Shown here in pieces: positions 39,601 through 48,500 of a stretch of DNA of 64,000 nt; the stretch's first letter is position 1, and every line of letters starts with the position of its first letter. A model generated the notes under the pieces. It saw only the letters and a list, made by a program, of their open reading frames with translations. It was not told where the DNA came from and made no database searches. Origin of the DNA: Pseudomonadota bacterium (lineage in GTDB: Bacteria > Bdellovibrionota_B > Oligoflexia > Silvanigrellales > Silvanigrellaceae). Both the position numbers and the translations under genes were made by a program. The stretch is from positions 32,001 to 96,000 of the forward strand of contig JBDLRP010000042.1 of NCBI GenBank assembly GCA_039799905.1, written 5' to 3'.

Positions 39601-40278
39601 AATCCCTTGATCGTCTCGCGACCTCTGACAGAAGGAGTGTCAGCGGCTGAAGAAGGTCTGCGCTTTCATGCCTACATGGAACACGCCGAACCAAGACAAC
39701 TCAACAAACGTGGCTTTCTGCAAAAACTACTTTCGGCCGCGACCGTCCGCGAGCATGAATTGGAAATTTGGAGCAGCGCAGACGTCACACAATCCGAATT
39801 CAATCGCAAACGTGGCCTTGCACAAACCCAACGCCGGATCATCGACTTGTTTTGCGTCATCCACCAGAAAAACATCACAAAAGAGTTTTGGATGAGCCCA
39901 TGCCTGTGTGGAAATTTCGAGACAGAGCGGGCGATTGAAGAGTCATCCTTAAAAACGGTCAAAGAGCGTTTGCAATCTCAGTTGCAGATCGATCCGCATT
40001 TAAACTTGGTCATCGACTTCAAAACCGGTGTTCCCGCGCAGGAACACATCAGGCAGATGAGCACGTATCTTCAATGGATTAGAGAAATTCTGACAACACA
40101 TCCGCAACAGCTCGTCAATGACATAAGCCCGACAACACTGTTTGCCGAGAATGTCAGACCATTGATGGGCATAATTTACTACACCTCCTTGCCCGACGGG
40201 GGTGAGATGCACAAGTTTGCATCGGGTCTTGTATCCGTCGACAAAAACGCGTCGGTTCTTTTTATCAGTCCTGATTAA
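36646..40278 (+). CDS. addA: AddA-like UvrD/RecB-family helicase-nuclease
   Basis: AGAGAGKT, TFSKAA, STIDSL, VDEYQDTN, VGDPKQSIYGFR, NYRS, TVHGAKGLEWP, YTAFTRARE and C-terminal IIDL...IDFKTG...QM..Y. Confidence 0.82.
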   Translation: MSKIELSSEQKLAAFFPTGLAEENISRKRHLVIEAGAGAGKTRVLTDRVHWLLCTSTKNFRLSPAELVLVTFSKAADEELRHRVEKEINGAQLGDEEKQRILSRLHISTIDSLFMQIVNNLFPPWWEQTKKMLPAETLHEWRLKEQRFPPPVTLVSDSELLPEISDELLRVLQEHSQDPVSECATLDFILAGAFQSQGAFSANKQVRPELRGLERIAAAMLHESFLRENAPPLRFALERIHPSSQPLLTLIRSKARELFYRRLMHGRLTHNDRMLFLYHLLCIDDEKLQTGGFFALAGRQPLPLRCKELIVDEYQDTNELQHEILYRLLEPNKGRMVVVGDPKQSIYGFRSAHVGVFQRLKSDPIWQLVELTRNYRSHQDLLPFINLLSDMTFSYKNNRIPLEFHNTTFALSAQQTFVGSKSLDAGRNHVEMPLEKLPPQPRVLLLGASLSKQRSDVDDFKATTEPNTFAVWALARELARFAAQPVDGLLSESEKQAQTAPDEKRYQWSEMVVLCETNDLVAQTQLHLNSFGIPAVAKLSRPANSDSLRSQHSEELGLLFAKWLCRPLNIRELAQFLWSGWLGLTREQTSMILKAANNGLLDPQVLTLSNSSGEDSTHPKARPEFPEAWNGWIAHLLHCRTLASRHFFAAWQLLRWGFVCSEHNLAMENTAIALHNALEVWSLRQQLEQATDWPEEFLNQQLQQLRLAQTQTQTNQNAVTVCTVHGAKGLEWPVVVFWPNAARERSPENFVFKSHENATFVKWLAEDKESASLVRWIENPHTPTDRVSIQSESGRGEQVVRWSTDLQDRLEQDFERQRVFYTAFTRAREFLVLMSPAVQARTRSNLRDKLAPLKQGDSFDAEVLKLNGLEYNVLAMFADLAFDLRKEAKRGARPPAPWHGLEYEAQCKVADWQGLVAMRDYSPAWLPYVKAVEAETEHGDTASGVQSAWISEWLNAQHTAAISSPWKKPVDETPAPSDSTAKENANPLIVSRPLTEGVSAAEEGLRFHAYMEHAEPRQLNKRGFLQKLLSAATVREHELEIWSSADVTQSEFNRKRGLAQTQRRIIDLFCVIHQKNITKEFWMSPCLCGNFETERAIEESSLKTVKERLQSQLQIDPHLNLVIDFKTGVPAQEHIRQMSTYLQWIREILTTHPQQLVNDISPTTLFAENVRPLMGIIYYTSLPDGGEMHKFASGLVSVDKNASVLFISPD

Positions 40279-40349
40279 GTCCTTCTTTTTCCGACATGAC
40301 TGTCAGACAATAAAGGTGGGTCGGGAAACCGCCCGCGGATTGGGGACCA

Positions 40350-42050
40350 GTGATGTCGGCAATTCACAAATTTGGAATTGGCTTCGGACTCTTTCTCACA
40401 TCGATGCTCGCGACAACGGCGGTCAGAGCATCCGAAGGTGGTGTCACACGCTATGTGAAAGACGCCTCGCAATACTGCTTTCCTAAACTGAGCGCAGAAG
40501 ACCAAATTAAATACTATTCTAAAATTGCCAACATCGGTGCCAGCTACACACATGGGTGCATCGGCTGCGATCAAAACCAGAACCTGCGATCGCTGACAGA
40601 CCTCACAAACGACCAACTCTGGTTTCGCAGAAATTATCTGATTCACTTTCTCGCAGATGTACAATGGAAGGATCCGTCATACGGAATCGCAGACAAAATT
40701 GCAGTTCTTGAAAATGACCCAAAAAATCGTCCTGCAGCGCTCATCCCGCAGTGGTCTTTGCGCCGCGAAGGGTACACTGGTGAGTGGATTTATGACGTAC
40801 GCCGTGACATTGCACACCTGACAGATCCGAACTTTTCGACTTGGCTGCGTGAAAACACAGCTTACGGCGAAACCGCAGCACTGGTGGGTGATGCCCAGAA
40901 GGTTCACGATTTGTCGAGAGCTCGCAGCGGGCTGCGGCGCGGTAGCATTTATCAGACCTTCCGCACAAGCGGAACTCAGGATCGTAACTCACCGCGGGTG
41001 ATTGACCTCGCACTCGACGGCGGGCGCATGCACGATTTCTTCGAGGCTTACGTCCCGCAGGAAATCATGGTGCCTTTGCAGAAATCAAAATGGACCGATG
41101 TGGCATTGCGGAGAAAGGCGGTCGATGCGGCCATCCGTCATGTCAAATCGCTCAATCCTTCGATGATCATGGCCATCGACGCGCTGTTCTGGGATTCGGT
41201 TTCCCATGCTCTCGCCTACATGCGCGAGTCCAAGCCCGACAGCCTTATTGTCAGGTTGCTGCTCAACGTCATGGCTCTGCAAGATAAAAACGGAATGAAC
41301 TTCAACGAGACCCGCCGTTTTAACGTCTCACAGGATTTTTATCAGGTGCTGGCCGGCATTTCGCAAGACAACCAATATGGTCCGTCAATTCCAATCCTTC
41401 TTGCGCGGCTCATCAACGATCCGCTGACCGTCTTTGCACAAAAGAAGTACGAGCCGATTCTCGGTGCAGTTTTCGGACAGTACATTGCAAGTATGACCGG
41501 ACAAAACATGGCCGATCAGCTCGCCCAGTGGCTGCGCCGGATGTCGACAGTCGGCATAAATTCACTCAGTGCCGATGAAGAAACCTATTTTGATGAAGAA
41601 ACAAATACTCACTACACGGCTGCAGAACTCGAGACACTGCGCAGCGCCCATGACGACTTCCAAAAAATTCTCAGCGCGGCACTGGAAGAAAATGGTCTTC
41701 CTCCGTCGGTATACTTCAACTCATTGGCCGAACCCAGAAAAGCACCAGTCATCGGCAAGTCTGCATCGGGGCTGATTTCAGCGCTGGCAAACTGGGCCAT
41801 ACTGAAGGCGGTGAAAGACCTTCCGCTTTTCATGCAGTCGCTTGAAAGAGCGATGCAATACGAAAACCGCGCAGCGCGGGCCGCGACCTCGCAGTCCGAC
41901 AACAACATCCACCTTGTGAACGTCGACAAGTTTTTCGAAAACTTTCCCTATTTCCTCAAACCCGAAACAATGCATCCGTCTGTCTTTGGTGCGCGCCAAA
42001 TGGCAGGAATGATCAACAAAGCAGTATGTCAAAGTGTGGGGCAACAATGA
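40350..42050 (+). CDS. Secreted protein, probable divergent SGNH/GDSL-type hydrolase
   Basis: Signal peptide ending AVRA, IGASYT (block I-like), DLALDG (block II-like) and ETMHPS..G...MA (block V-like). Confidence 0.55.
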   Translation: MMSAIHKFGIGFGLFLTSMLATTAVRASEGGVTRYVKDASQYCFPKLSAEDQIKYYSKIANIGASYTHGCIGCDQNQNLRSLTDLTNDQLWFRRNYLIHFLADVQWKDPSYGIADKIAVLENDPKNRPAALIPQWSLRREGYTGEWIYDVRRDIAHLTDPNFSTWLRENTAYGETAALVGDAQKVHDLSRARSGLRRGSIYQTFRTSGTQDRNSPRVIDLALDGGRMHDFFEAYVPQEIMVPLQKSKWTDVALRRKAVDAAIRHVKSLNPSMIMAIDALFWDSVSHALAYMRESKPDSLIVRLLLNVMALQDKNGMNFNETRRFNVSQDFYQVLAGISQDNQYGPSIPILLARLINDPLTVFAQKKYEPILGAVFGQYIASMTGQNMADQLAQWLRRMSTVGINSLSADEETYFDEETNTHYTAAELETLRSAHDDFQKILSAALEENGLPPSVYFNSLAEPRKAPVIGKSASGLISALANWAILKAVKDLPLFMQSLERAMQYENRAARAATSQSDNNIHLVNVDKFFENFPYFLKPETMHPSVFGARQMAGMINKAVCQSVGQQ

Positions 42051-43153
42051 AGTCAGCAGCTCATCTGGCGTTGTGGCTTGCAACAGGGATTTTCGCTTCT
42101 GCGGATGCAGATGCTGAAGCGGCTCAAAAGAAAAAGAGACGTCCGTCTCAGTCACTCACACGCAGCGGCGGGCCCCAACGAGCCGTGGGAATTGTTGAAG
42201 TCTTTCTTTTCAAGAATAAAAACGTTGCCCAACGCTGCGCTGCATCACACGTCGGAAACGGCATCGTCGTCACCGCGGGCCACTGTTTCCTGGGTGCCTA
42301 TGATTGCAACGAAGCTGTTGTTCACTGGGATGACGATTCGGTTGTCTCACGCTGTCAGCACATCATCTACAGCAATGCCAGCGAGGCCCACGCCAAAGGA
42401 CGGGAGATTTCAAACGATCTGACTGTATTCAAGGTCGACCGCTACCCTGAGGCCAGTGTCAACCTCGCGCCTGCAGCAATCGTTCAGGAACTGCAAAATG
42501 CGGGTGCTGATGCAATAGCAATTTCCAAAACGACACTCAACGGAAATCCCGCCACGATGACCTCGGCTACCTGCAGGATTGTCTTTGGTCCGATCCTGAA
42601 TATCTTCTCACAACCCAAGCCGTCGGACACCGCACGGCATAACTGCGACCTTTCCGAGATCTCCAGCGGCTCTCCGCTCATCAATTCGGCAACGAATCAA
42701 CTGATAGCACTGCATCAGGGCACAAGCCTCCTGCCGGATCTGGAATCGTCACCCAACGGTGCGTCGTCGCAAAAAATTCATTATGCCAAGGTCATCTCCG
42801 ATTTTGATGTGCGAAAGGCCATCAGTCTGCCTGATGCCCTGCCCAATGAAATTCGGGTGGGCGGTTTTGCAGGTGAGGTTTTCAATACCGGAATTGCAGA
42901 GCCCATCCAGATGACCGTTGCCCGCATTCAGGCGCGCGCTGGCGAGTCGACCGTCTCGTTCGGGGTACACAATGGTCTGGATTCGGTCATTGAGGCCATC
43001 GACGGCAACGGCAAGAAAATGATTTTTGCAGGCCCGCGTCGCGCTGGTTACGACCAGCGATTCCGCATGAAGGCTCCCGTGCAAATCAAGCTCACCAATG
43101 CACAGGGTGGCATCGCACCCGTCGCTTGGATTGAGGACATTCAAAGCCCATGA
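42047..43153 (+). CDS. Secreted trypsin-like serine protease, paralog of 743..1861
   Basis: CAASHVGNGIVVTAGHCF, NDLTVF and HNCD..EISSGSP. ATGA overlap with the upstream gene. Confidence 0.82.
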   Translation: MKSAAHLALWLATGIFASADADAEAAQKKKRRPSQSLTRSGGPQRAVGIVEVFLFKNKNVAQRCAASHVGNGIVVTAGHCFLGAYDCNEAVVHWDDDSVVSRCQHIIYSNASEAHAKGREISNDLTVFKVDRYPEASVNLAPAAIVQELQNAGADAIAISKTTLNGNPATMTSATCRIVFGPILNIFSQPKPSDTARHNCDLSEISSGSPLINSATNQLIALHQGTSLLPDLESSPNGASSQKIHYAKVISDFDVRKAISLPDALPNEIRVGGFAGEVFNTGIAEPIQMTVARIQARAGESTVSFGVHNGLDSVIEAIDGNGKKMIFAGPRRAGYDQRFRMKAPVQIKLTNAQGGIAPVAWIEDIQSP

Positions 43154-43168
43154 AGCGCTGACGTTTGC

Positions 43169-45478
43169 TCAAGGAGGAGGAGGGTCGTCGTCCCAGCAGA
43201 CACCGCTCCCCCCTGAACACTTGGGAATTGAGTAACGAATAGGCTTCGAGAGCAACCCAGAGACGTCCATATACCTCATGTAAAACTCAGCTGTATCGTC
43301 TTCTTTGAATGTAAAATCACTCAACTTCAATGTTCGCCGCACAGAAACCGGCGCCGCGGGTGTTCCACCATCAGACTCACGACAGCGGGTGTAGTCGCTG
43401 AGAGGCGCGGTGCTCACGGCATCCGCCGTGCCACCAATGACCCACTTGTAAATCAGCATTCCTATTTCCTCGTACTTGCCACCGGCATCCTGAGGCAAAG
43501 TTCTCACACTCAGGCGGTTGAGATCGTCACGGTACACATACGAGCCGATACTTTGCTGCAAGAAAGTGGCGTTTCCGCCCTTCTTTCCATTGAGATTCAT
43601 TTCTTCTTCGGACGGAGTTCCCGAGGGCAAACAAATAGCAGCTGGTACCGAGTCGTCAAAATGCATTGTGACCTTACCAGCGCTCAAATCCTGCATCGTT
43701 AATGGATTGAGGGTACTCGGGGCGTTTGTATCGTTGATTTTCATATCAATATCACCCAGCAAAACCGACTGATCATCGTCTGTGATAACCGGTCGACCGG
43801 TATCGATAATGACCGTTACCACATTCAAACGCTTGGGTGAGATTGCGTTCGGATCGTCAAGCGACTCACTGACGTTGCCGAACTTGTCTTTCATGAACAC
43901 ATTCCAACGCTGACGACCACCGGCCTGTGCGATCTTGGCGGCCCGCTGGATGAATCCTGCTTCCTCGGCAGTGAATGTGGCAACACCCTTTACACATTCC
44001 TTGAAGACAGGTTCGATCATGGAATAGGCAGGTATGCTGAATCCCAAAGAGTCGCCGTCGTTGCATATCGGTGATTGCATTGTGAACGTGCTGCCGGCAA
44101 GACCCGGCACAACATTGGTGTGTCCGGAAACGCTCACAATCTTCACGTTCGTCCAGTCGTCAACTTCGTCAATCGTTCCACCGACCTCTTCAACCTCGAC
44201 GGGAACCGCCAAATTCACCTTCATCAATAAATCACGCGAGGGCGGACCAACCTTTTTATGCCCGAAAATCACCAACGGCGGAAAAGCATCGGCATTGTCT
44301 GACGACGCAGTTGAGCGCGACACTTTGATTATAAACTTTCCTTCAGTCGAGTCCGTTTTCTTAAAAATCTTGGGCAACGGGATGCTAAATTCGGACTGAA
44401 AAATACTGACTTCCCTGGCTCCCTCAATGGCTTCAAGAGAGGGCTCGAATTTATTGTCGGTTTCAAAGACTTCAACTTTCGCACCGCGCAAATTCGGGGT
44501 CAGCGAATCAATCCGCAAAAACAGAGAGTCGTCTTTTGTATGAACGACGTCACGTCCATCAATTTTGAGGTACTTCAGTTTCTCGGGAAAGCTTGGCACC
44601 AGAGCGTTGCTTCCTCCCGACTGGTCGGCGCAGGTGCGCAGTATAACAACAGGAGGCGTTTTTTCGATTAGCGAAAAATTATTCGATGGCGCAGATAAGT
44701 ACGTACAATAGCCATCTGCCAGAGCAAGAATGTGATATCGGGTCAATTCAACGCTCGCATCGAGCGGACCGATAAATGCTGTGCCATCCTCTCCTGTTTT
44801 GACAAAAACAGGCCGCAAAAGTGAGTCATGCCAAAGCGGTACACCGGATTCAAGCTTGCCGTCAGAAATTCCCGAGACCTTAATTCCGGCCAGAGGCTGA
44901 CCCGATTCGTTGACCACTTTGACGCGCACAAATCCAGCTTTGTTGAACAGTAGTCCGTCAATGCCAATGGTATCTTTGCCGGCAAACAAATTTCGCCGTG
45001 AAAGTGGCAACGGCGCCTGAAAATATGGAATAGCCTGATAATCCAAAGTTGAGTTGACTGCAGGCATGATCTCGATGCGCGAATACTTGTCGACTTTCTC
45101 TACCAAGTCTGGCCGGCCTGTGCCAACGAATGGCAAAGCACCACCCATCGAGAGCAACTGATCGAGTTGTGTCGCCTTTTTCGCTTCATAGAGATCGCTG
45201 TCGCGCAGCTGGAACGAGAATTGTCCTTGCTCGCTGTTGTATTTCAAGTCGAAAGGCACCTGCCGTTGCCCCTCGGTGTCGATGAGTGAGAGCTGCAAGT
45301 TCTTGAGGTCGATTCCCTTTTGAACTCCGACAATTCCCGAAACGACGCGAGATTCACCCACCAAATAGACACGTCCGCCAGACGGCCTTGCACATGAATG
45401 CAGCCAGCCACAGGCAGCAATCAAGGCGATTGCACCTGTGGCCCGTTGCAGACTTTCTTGGAGAGCTCTCATAACCAT
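43169..45478 (-). CDS. Large hypothetical lipoprotein with a carboxypeptidase-regulatory-like domain
   Basis: Lipobox LHSC, VRVKVVNESGQPLAGIKV...TGEDG, several Cys, and C-terminus CSGGSGVCWDDDPPPP. Starts 28 nt after the stop of the giant coiled-coil gene. Confidence 0.75.
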   Translation of the reverse strand: MVMRALQESLQRATGAIALIAACGWLHSCARPSGGRVYLVGESRVVSGIVGVQKGIDLKNLQLSLIDTEGQRQVPFDLKYNSEQGQFSFQLRDSDLYEAKKATQLDQLLSMGGALPFVGTGRPDLVEKVDKYSRIEIMPAVNSTLDYQAIPYFQAPLPLSRRNLFAGKDTIGIDGLLFNKAGFVRVKVVNESGQPLAGIKVSGISDGKLESGVPLWHDSLLRPVFVKTGEDGTAFIGPLDASVELTRYHILALADGYCTYLSAPSNNFSLIEKTPPVVILRTCADQSGGSNALVPSFPEKLKYLKIDGRDVVHTKDDSLFLRIDSLTPNLRGAKVEVFETDNKFEPSLEAIEGAREVSIFQSEFSIPLPKIFKKTDSTEGKFIIKVSRSTASSDNADAFPPLVIFGHKKVGPPSRDLLMKVNLAVPVEVEEVGGTIDEVDDWTNVKIVSVSGHTNVVPGLAGSTFTMQSPICNDGDSLGFSIPAYSMIEPVFKECVKGVATFTAEEAGFIQRAAKIAQAGGRQRWNVFMKDKFGNVSESLDDPNAISPKRLNVVTVIIDTGRPVITDDDQSVLLGDIDMKINDTNAPSTLNPLTMQDLSAGKVTMHFDDSVPAAICLPSGTPSEEEMNLNGKKGGNATFLQQSIGSYVYRDDLNRLSVRTLPQDAGGKYEEIGMLIYKWVIGGTADAVSTAPLSDYTRCRESDGGTPAAPVSVRRTLKLSDFTFKEDDTAEFYMRYMDVSGLLSKPIRYSIPKCSGGSGVCWDDDPPPP

Positions 45479-45506
45479 CCTTGGCTACCGTCCTCCGTCA
45501 AGGCGC

Positions 45507-48500
45507 TCACTTGGATTTGAGCGCGGTTGTGAAAGCAGTGCTGAAGTACACGTCATAGCTGCTGCATCCCGATGATCCGCACTGCGCTGGGCCCCAGAAC
45601 TTGGCAGTCGTGCGCAGTTCGTTGCCATTGACAAACCGGCCGGCATCCTTGAGTGCCTTGTGTTTGAGTGCAACCTTCGTCACGCCCGTGCTCGCCAGTG
45701 AAACCAATTCGCCAGCGCTCGACTGACCATCTTTGTTCCTGTCGAACCAAACAAGCAACTTGCTATATGCGGCATCCTTGCTGTCGATCATGCCGTCGCG
45801 GTTTGAGTCGTACTGAGCAAGTGCGGCATAACCGTCGCGCGCCTTCTTGCCGCTGTGAGCCAGTCTGGTTCCCTCACCAAACAGCTCCCGACCACCGTCA
45901 ATCGCACCATTGCCGTCGAGGTCCATCGCGAGCAGGCCCACTCCGTCAAACCCACCAATCCAGCCAGTGCGTTCCTTCACGCCATCTCCGTCGAGGTCGA
46001 AACGAACCTTGCTCTCTTCGAGCGAGCTGAGCAGTGGTCGACCTACATTTGTGAAGTCGAGGATGATAGGCGAGAACAGCTGAACCGTGTAGGAACGTGT
46101 TGAACCGGCTGTTGGTCCGCCGAACGGTGTGAACTGAATCGATTCACCGTACCAGCTTTTTGAGCGGCGGATGAACGGTTCCAGAATACCGGGCATTTTG
46201 ATATCAAACACACCTTCAGCAGGCTGTCCGGTTAGCTTGGCGCTGGTACCGGCGACGCTTGCTGTGGCAGCGCTGACGTTCATCTGGAAGTTGAATTCTG
46301 CATCGCATGCAGAGTTCACACCCTTATCACACAAGTTTGCACGGACTCGCATTTTGTCTGCCGCACCAAAGACGCGGAACCAAATCGTGCTCGTTGCACT
46401 TGCCCATTGAGAGCCGGGGATTCCTCGGAAATTGACCCAGCACTGTGTTGTTCCGTGAGAGTGCCAGAACTTCACGCCGGCGCCGCGGCGGATACTAGTG
46501 CCGGTACAGGTGTCACTCCAGTTTGCCAGCGCAGGCGCAGTGAAGAAGTGCTGAACTTCCGAAATTTGCGGTGTGAGTTTCGGAATCTCACGTGGAGAAT
46601 AGCCAATATCGGCACCCGCAGCCTTTGTCGCAGCGACAAGTGTCGGCTCTCCTGAGCGAATGGCAAGCGTCATCATCACGTCGAGCGCTTTGCTCAGAGC
46701 TGACTCCATATTACCAGTTCTGTCCTGCAGCGATTTAACGTCTTTGGCTGTTTTGCCGAACTGTGCCAGCTGATCTTTCATAGCAGCGACATCTTTGTCG
46801 ATTTGACTGATACGTGCAGTTTGAGCGGCGTCTGTCGCCTCATTCGCAGCAAAGCGCTTTTGCACGTTTATCATCGTGTCGAACTCTTCTTGACGTTCAA
46901 TAGCTTCAAATGTCGAGTCGACCCCCTCGGTGATAGTGAAGGCCATTTTTCCAAGCAACGTATTTGCGGCATCTGCCGGCGAAACCTTGCCAATCTTCTC
47001 GGACGGACTGGTCATATTCGCCATCGCTGCGCTGATGGTTGTGTGCTTGCTGCTGATCATTTTCGCAAAACGCACTTCCACGTTGGCCAGCGACGGTTTC
47101 AATGCTGTAACGGAGTTAGCGAAGTCAGTGACGGCGCGTTTGAAGCCATCGTCGGCAACCAATCGGGCGCGAACATCTTTCGACGTCGCTGAAGTGCCAT
47201 TGAGAACGCCCATTGCCCACGCTTTGATCTGGCTCATACACTTCGGATCATCGGCCCCGCCCTCCACCTTGCGAATGGATTCAAGCATCACATAATGATG
47301 CAAGCTGCTGCCGTCTGTCAGCTTGGGCTGCCAGAAGTAGAGTGCGTCCATGTTCGAACCGCGATTTGAGTTCACCAGCGCAGAAATATATTCATCCGCA
47401 AGGAAGTCGAACGAATCACGGCCAAAGGCATTGGCGAAGTCGGCATCGGCTTTGCCGCCACACGATGCCATAATCGGAACAAAGGAAGCGTCGAATGCCT
47501 CAACACGGGTGATTTTATTTCCATTGCGCGTTGGCTGCTTTGGCTGCAGAGCCGCAAGGAACGCCCGTCGCAATTGGCCGAACATTGTCAGCGTGTTGAC
47601 AAGCGGACCCTTCGTGGGTTTACCGTTGACCATCACTTTGGTGACCGCACCATAGTCGGCAGATACACCATCGGAGAAAGCTGTCATGGAAGCATCGTCA
47701 AGTTTGAGGTCGACGACCTCAACCAGGTGGCTCGAAAGAGCACCTTCCATCGCCTTGTCCTGCGCTTTCATCTGAGCAAGATCGGTAGCAACCTTCTTGA
47801 AGTTTGCCTGAACTTCTGCACCGAGGTTAGCGACCATTTTTTCAGCGTTCGCGGCAACCTCTGCGAGGCGTTTGTTGAAGTCGGCCTTCATTTCTTCAAG
47901 GTTCTTGTTCAGGCCGTCGATTTGCCCCTGAGTCAACTTGAACTGATTTTGGACGTGTTCTTTTTGTGCAGCGACGTCGGCCTTGATCAAATTGATTTGG
48001 TCAGCATGTTGCTGCGCCATGGCCAACGACTGGTTGGCGATTTGTGCAACGGCCTTAATCTCGTCCTTCAAAGAGGTCATCTCTTTGGTCATCTGATCTT
48101 TCAATGCCTGCTCTGCAGCCACAACTTCTGCAAACTGCTTCTGCACTTTTTCCTGCTCTTCCTTCAACTCGGTGTTGGTTTTGTCAACCTGACTCTCCAA
48201 CGCAACGATCTTGTCGCTCAACTCTCTCTTGATATTCTGACTCACCCACTCGAAGTTGGCTGCTTCCGTCTTGACCTGCAACATGAGGTCCGCGTTTACG
48301 GCCTCCTGTTTGGCACTGTTGTCCGCGATAGCGGCAAACAAAGCGTCATCCTGATTCTTCATATCGCTGCGCACAGCGGAAAGCTCTTTGGTCATGTTTT
48401 CTTTGATGGCGTCAATCTGCTTTTGGTAATCAGCAATTGCACCGCCGAGTCCGTCGCGCACGCCCGCAACACTGACTTCTACGTTCTGAATTCGCTGAGC

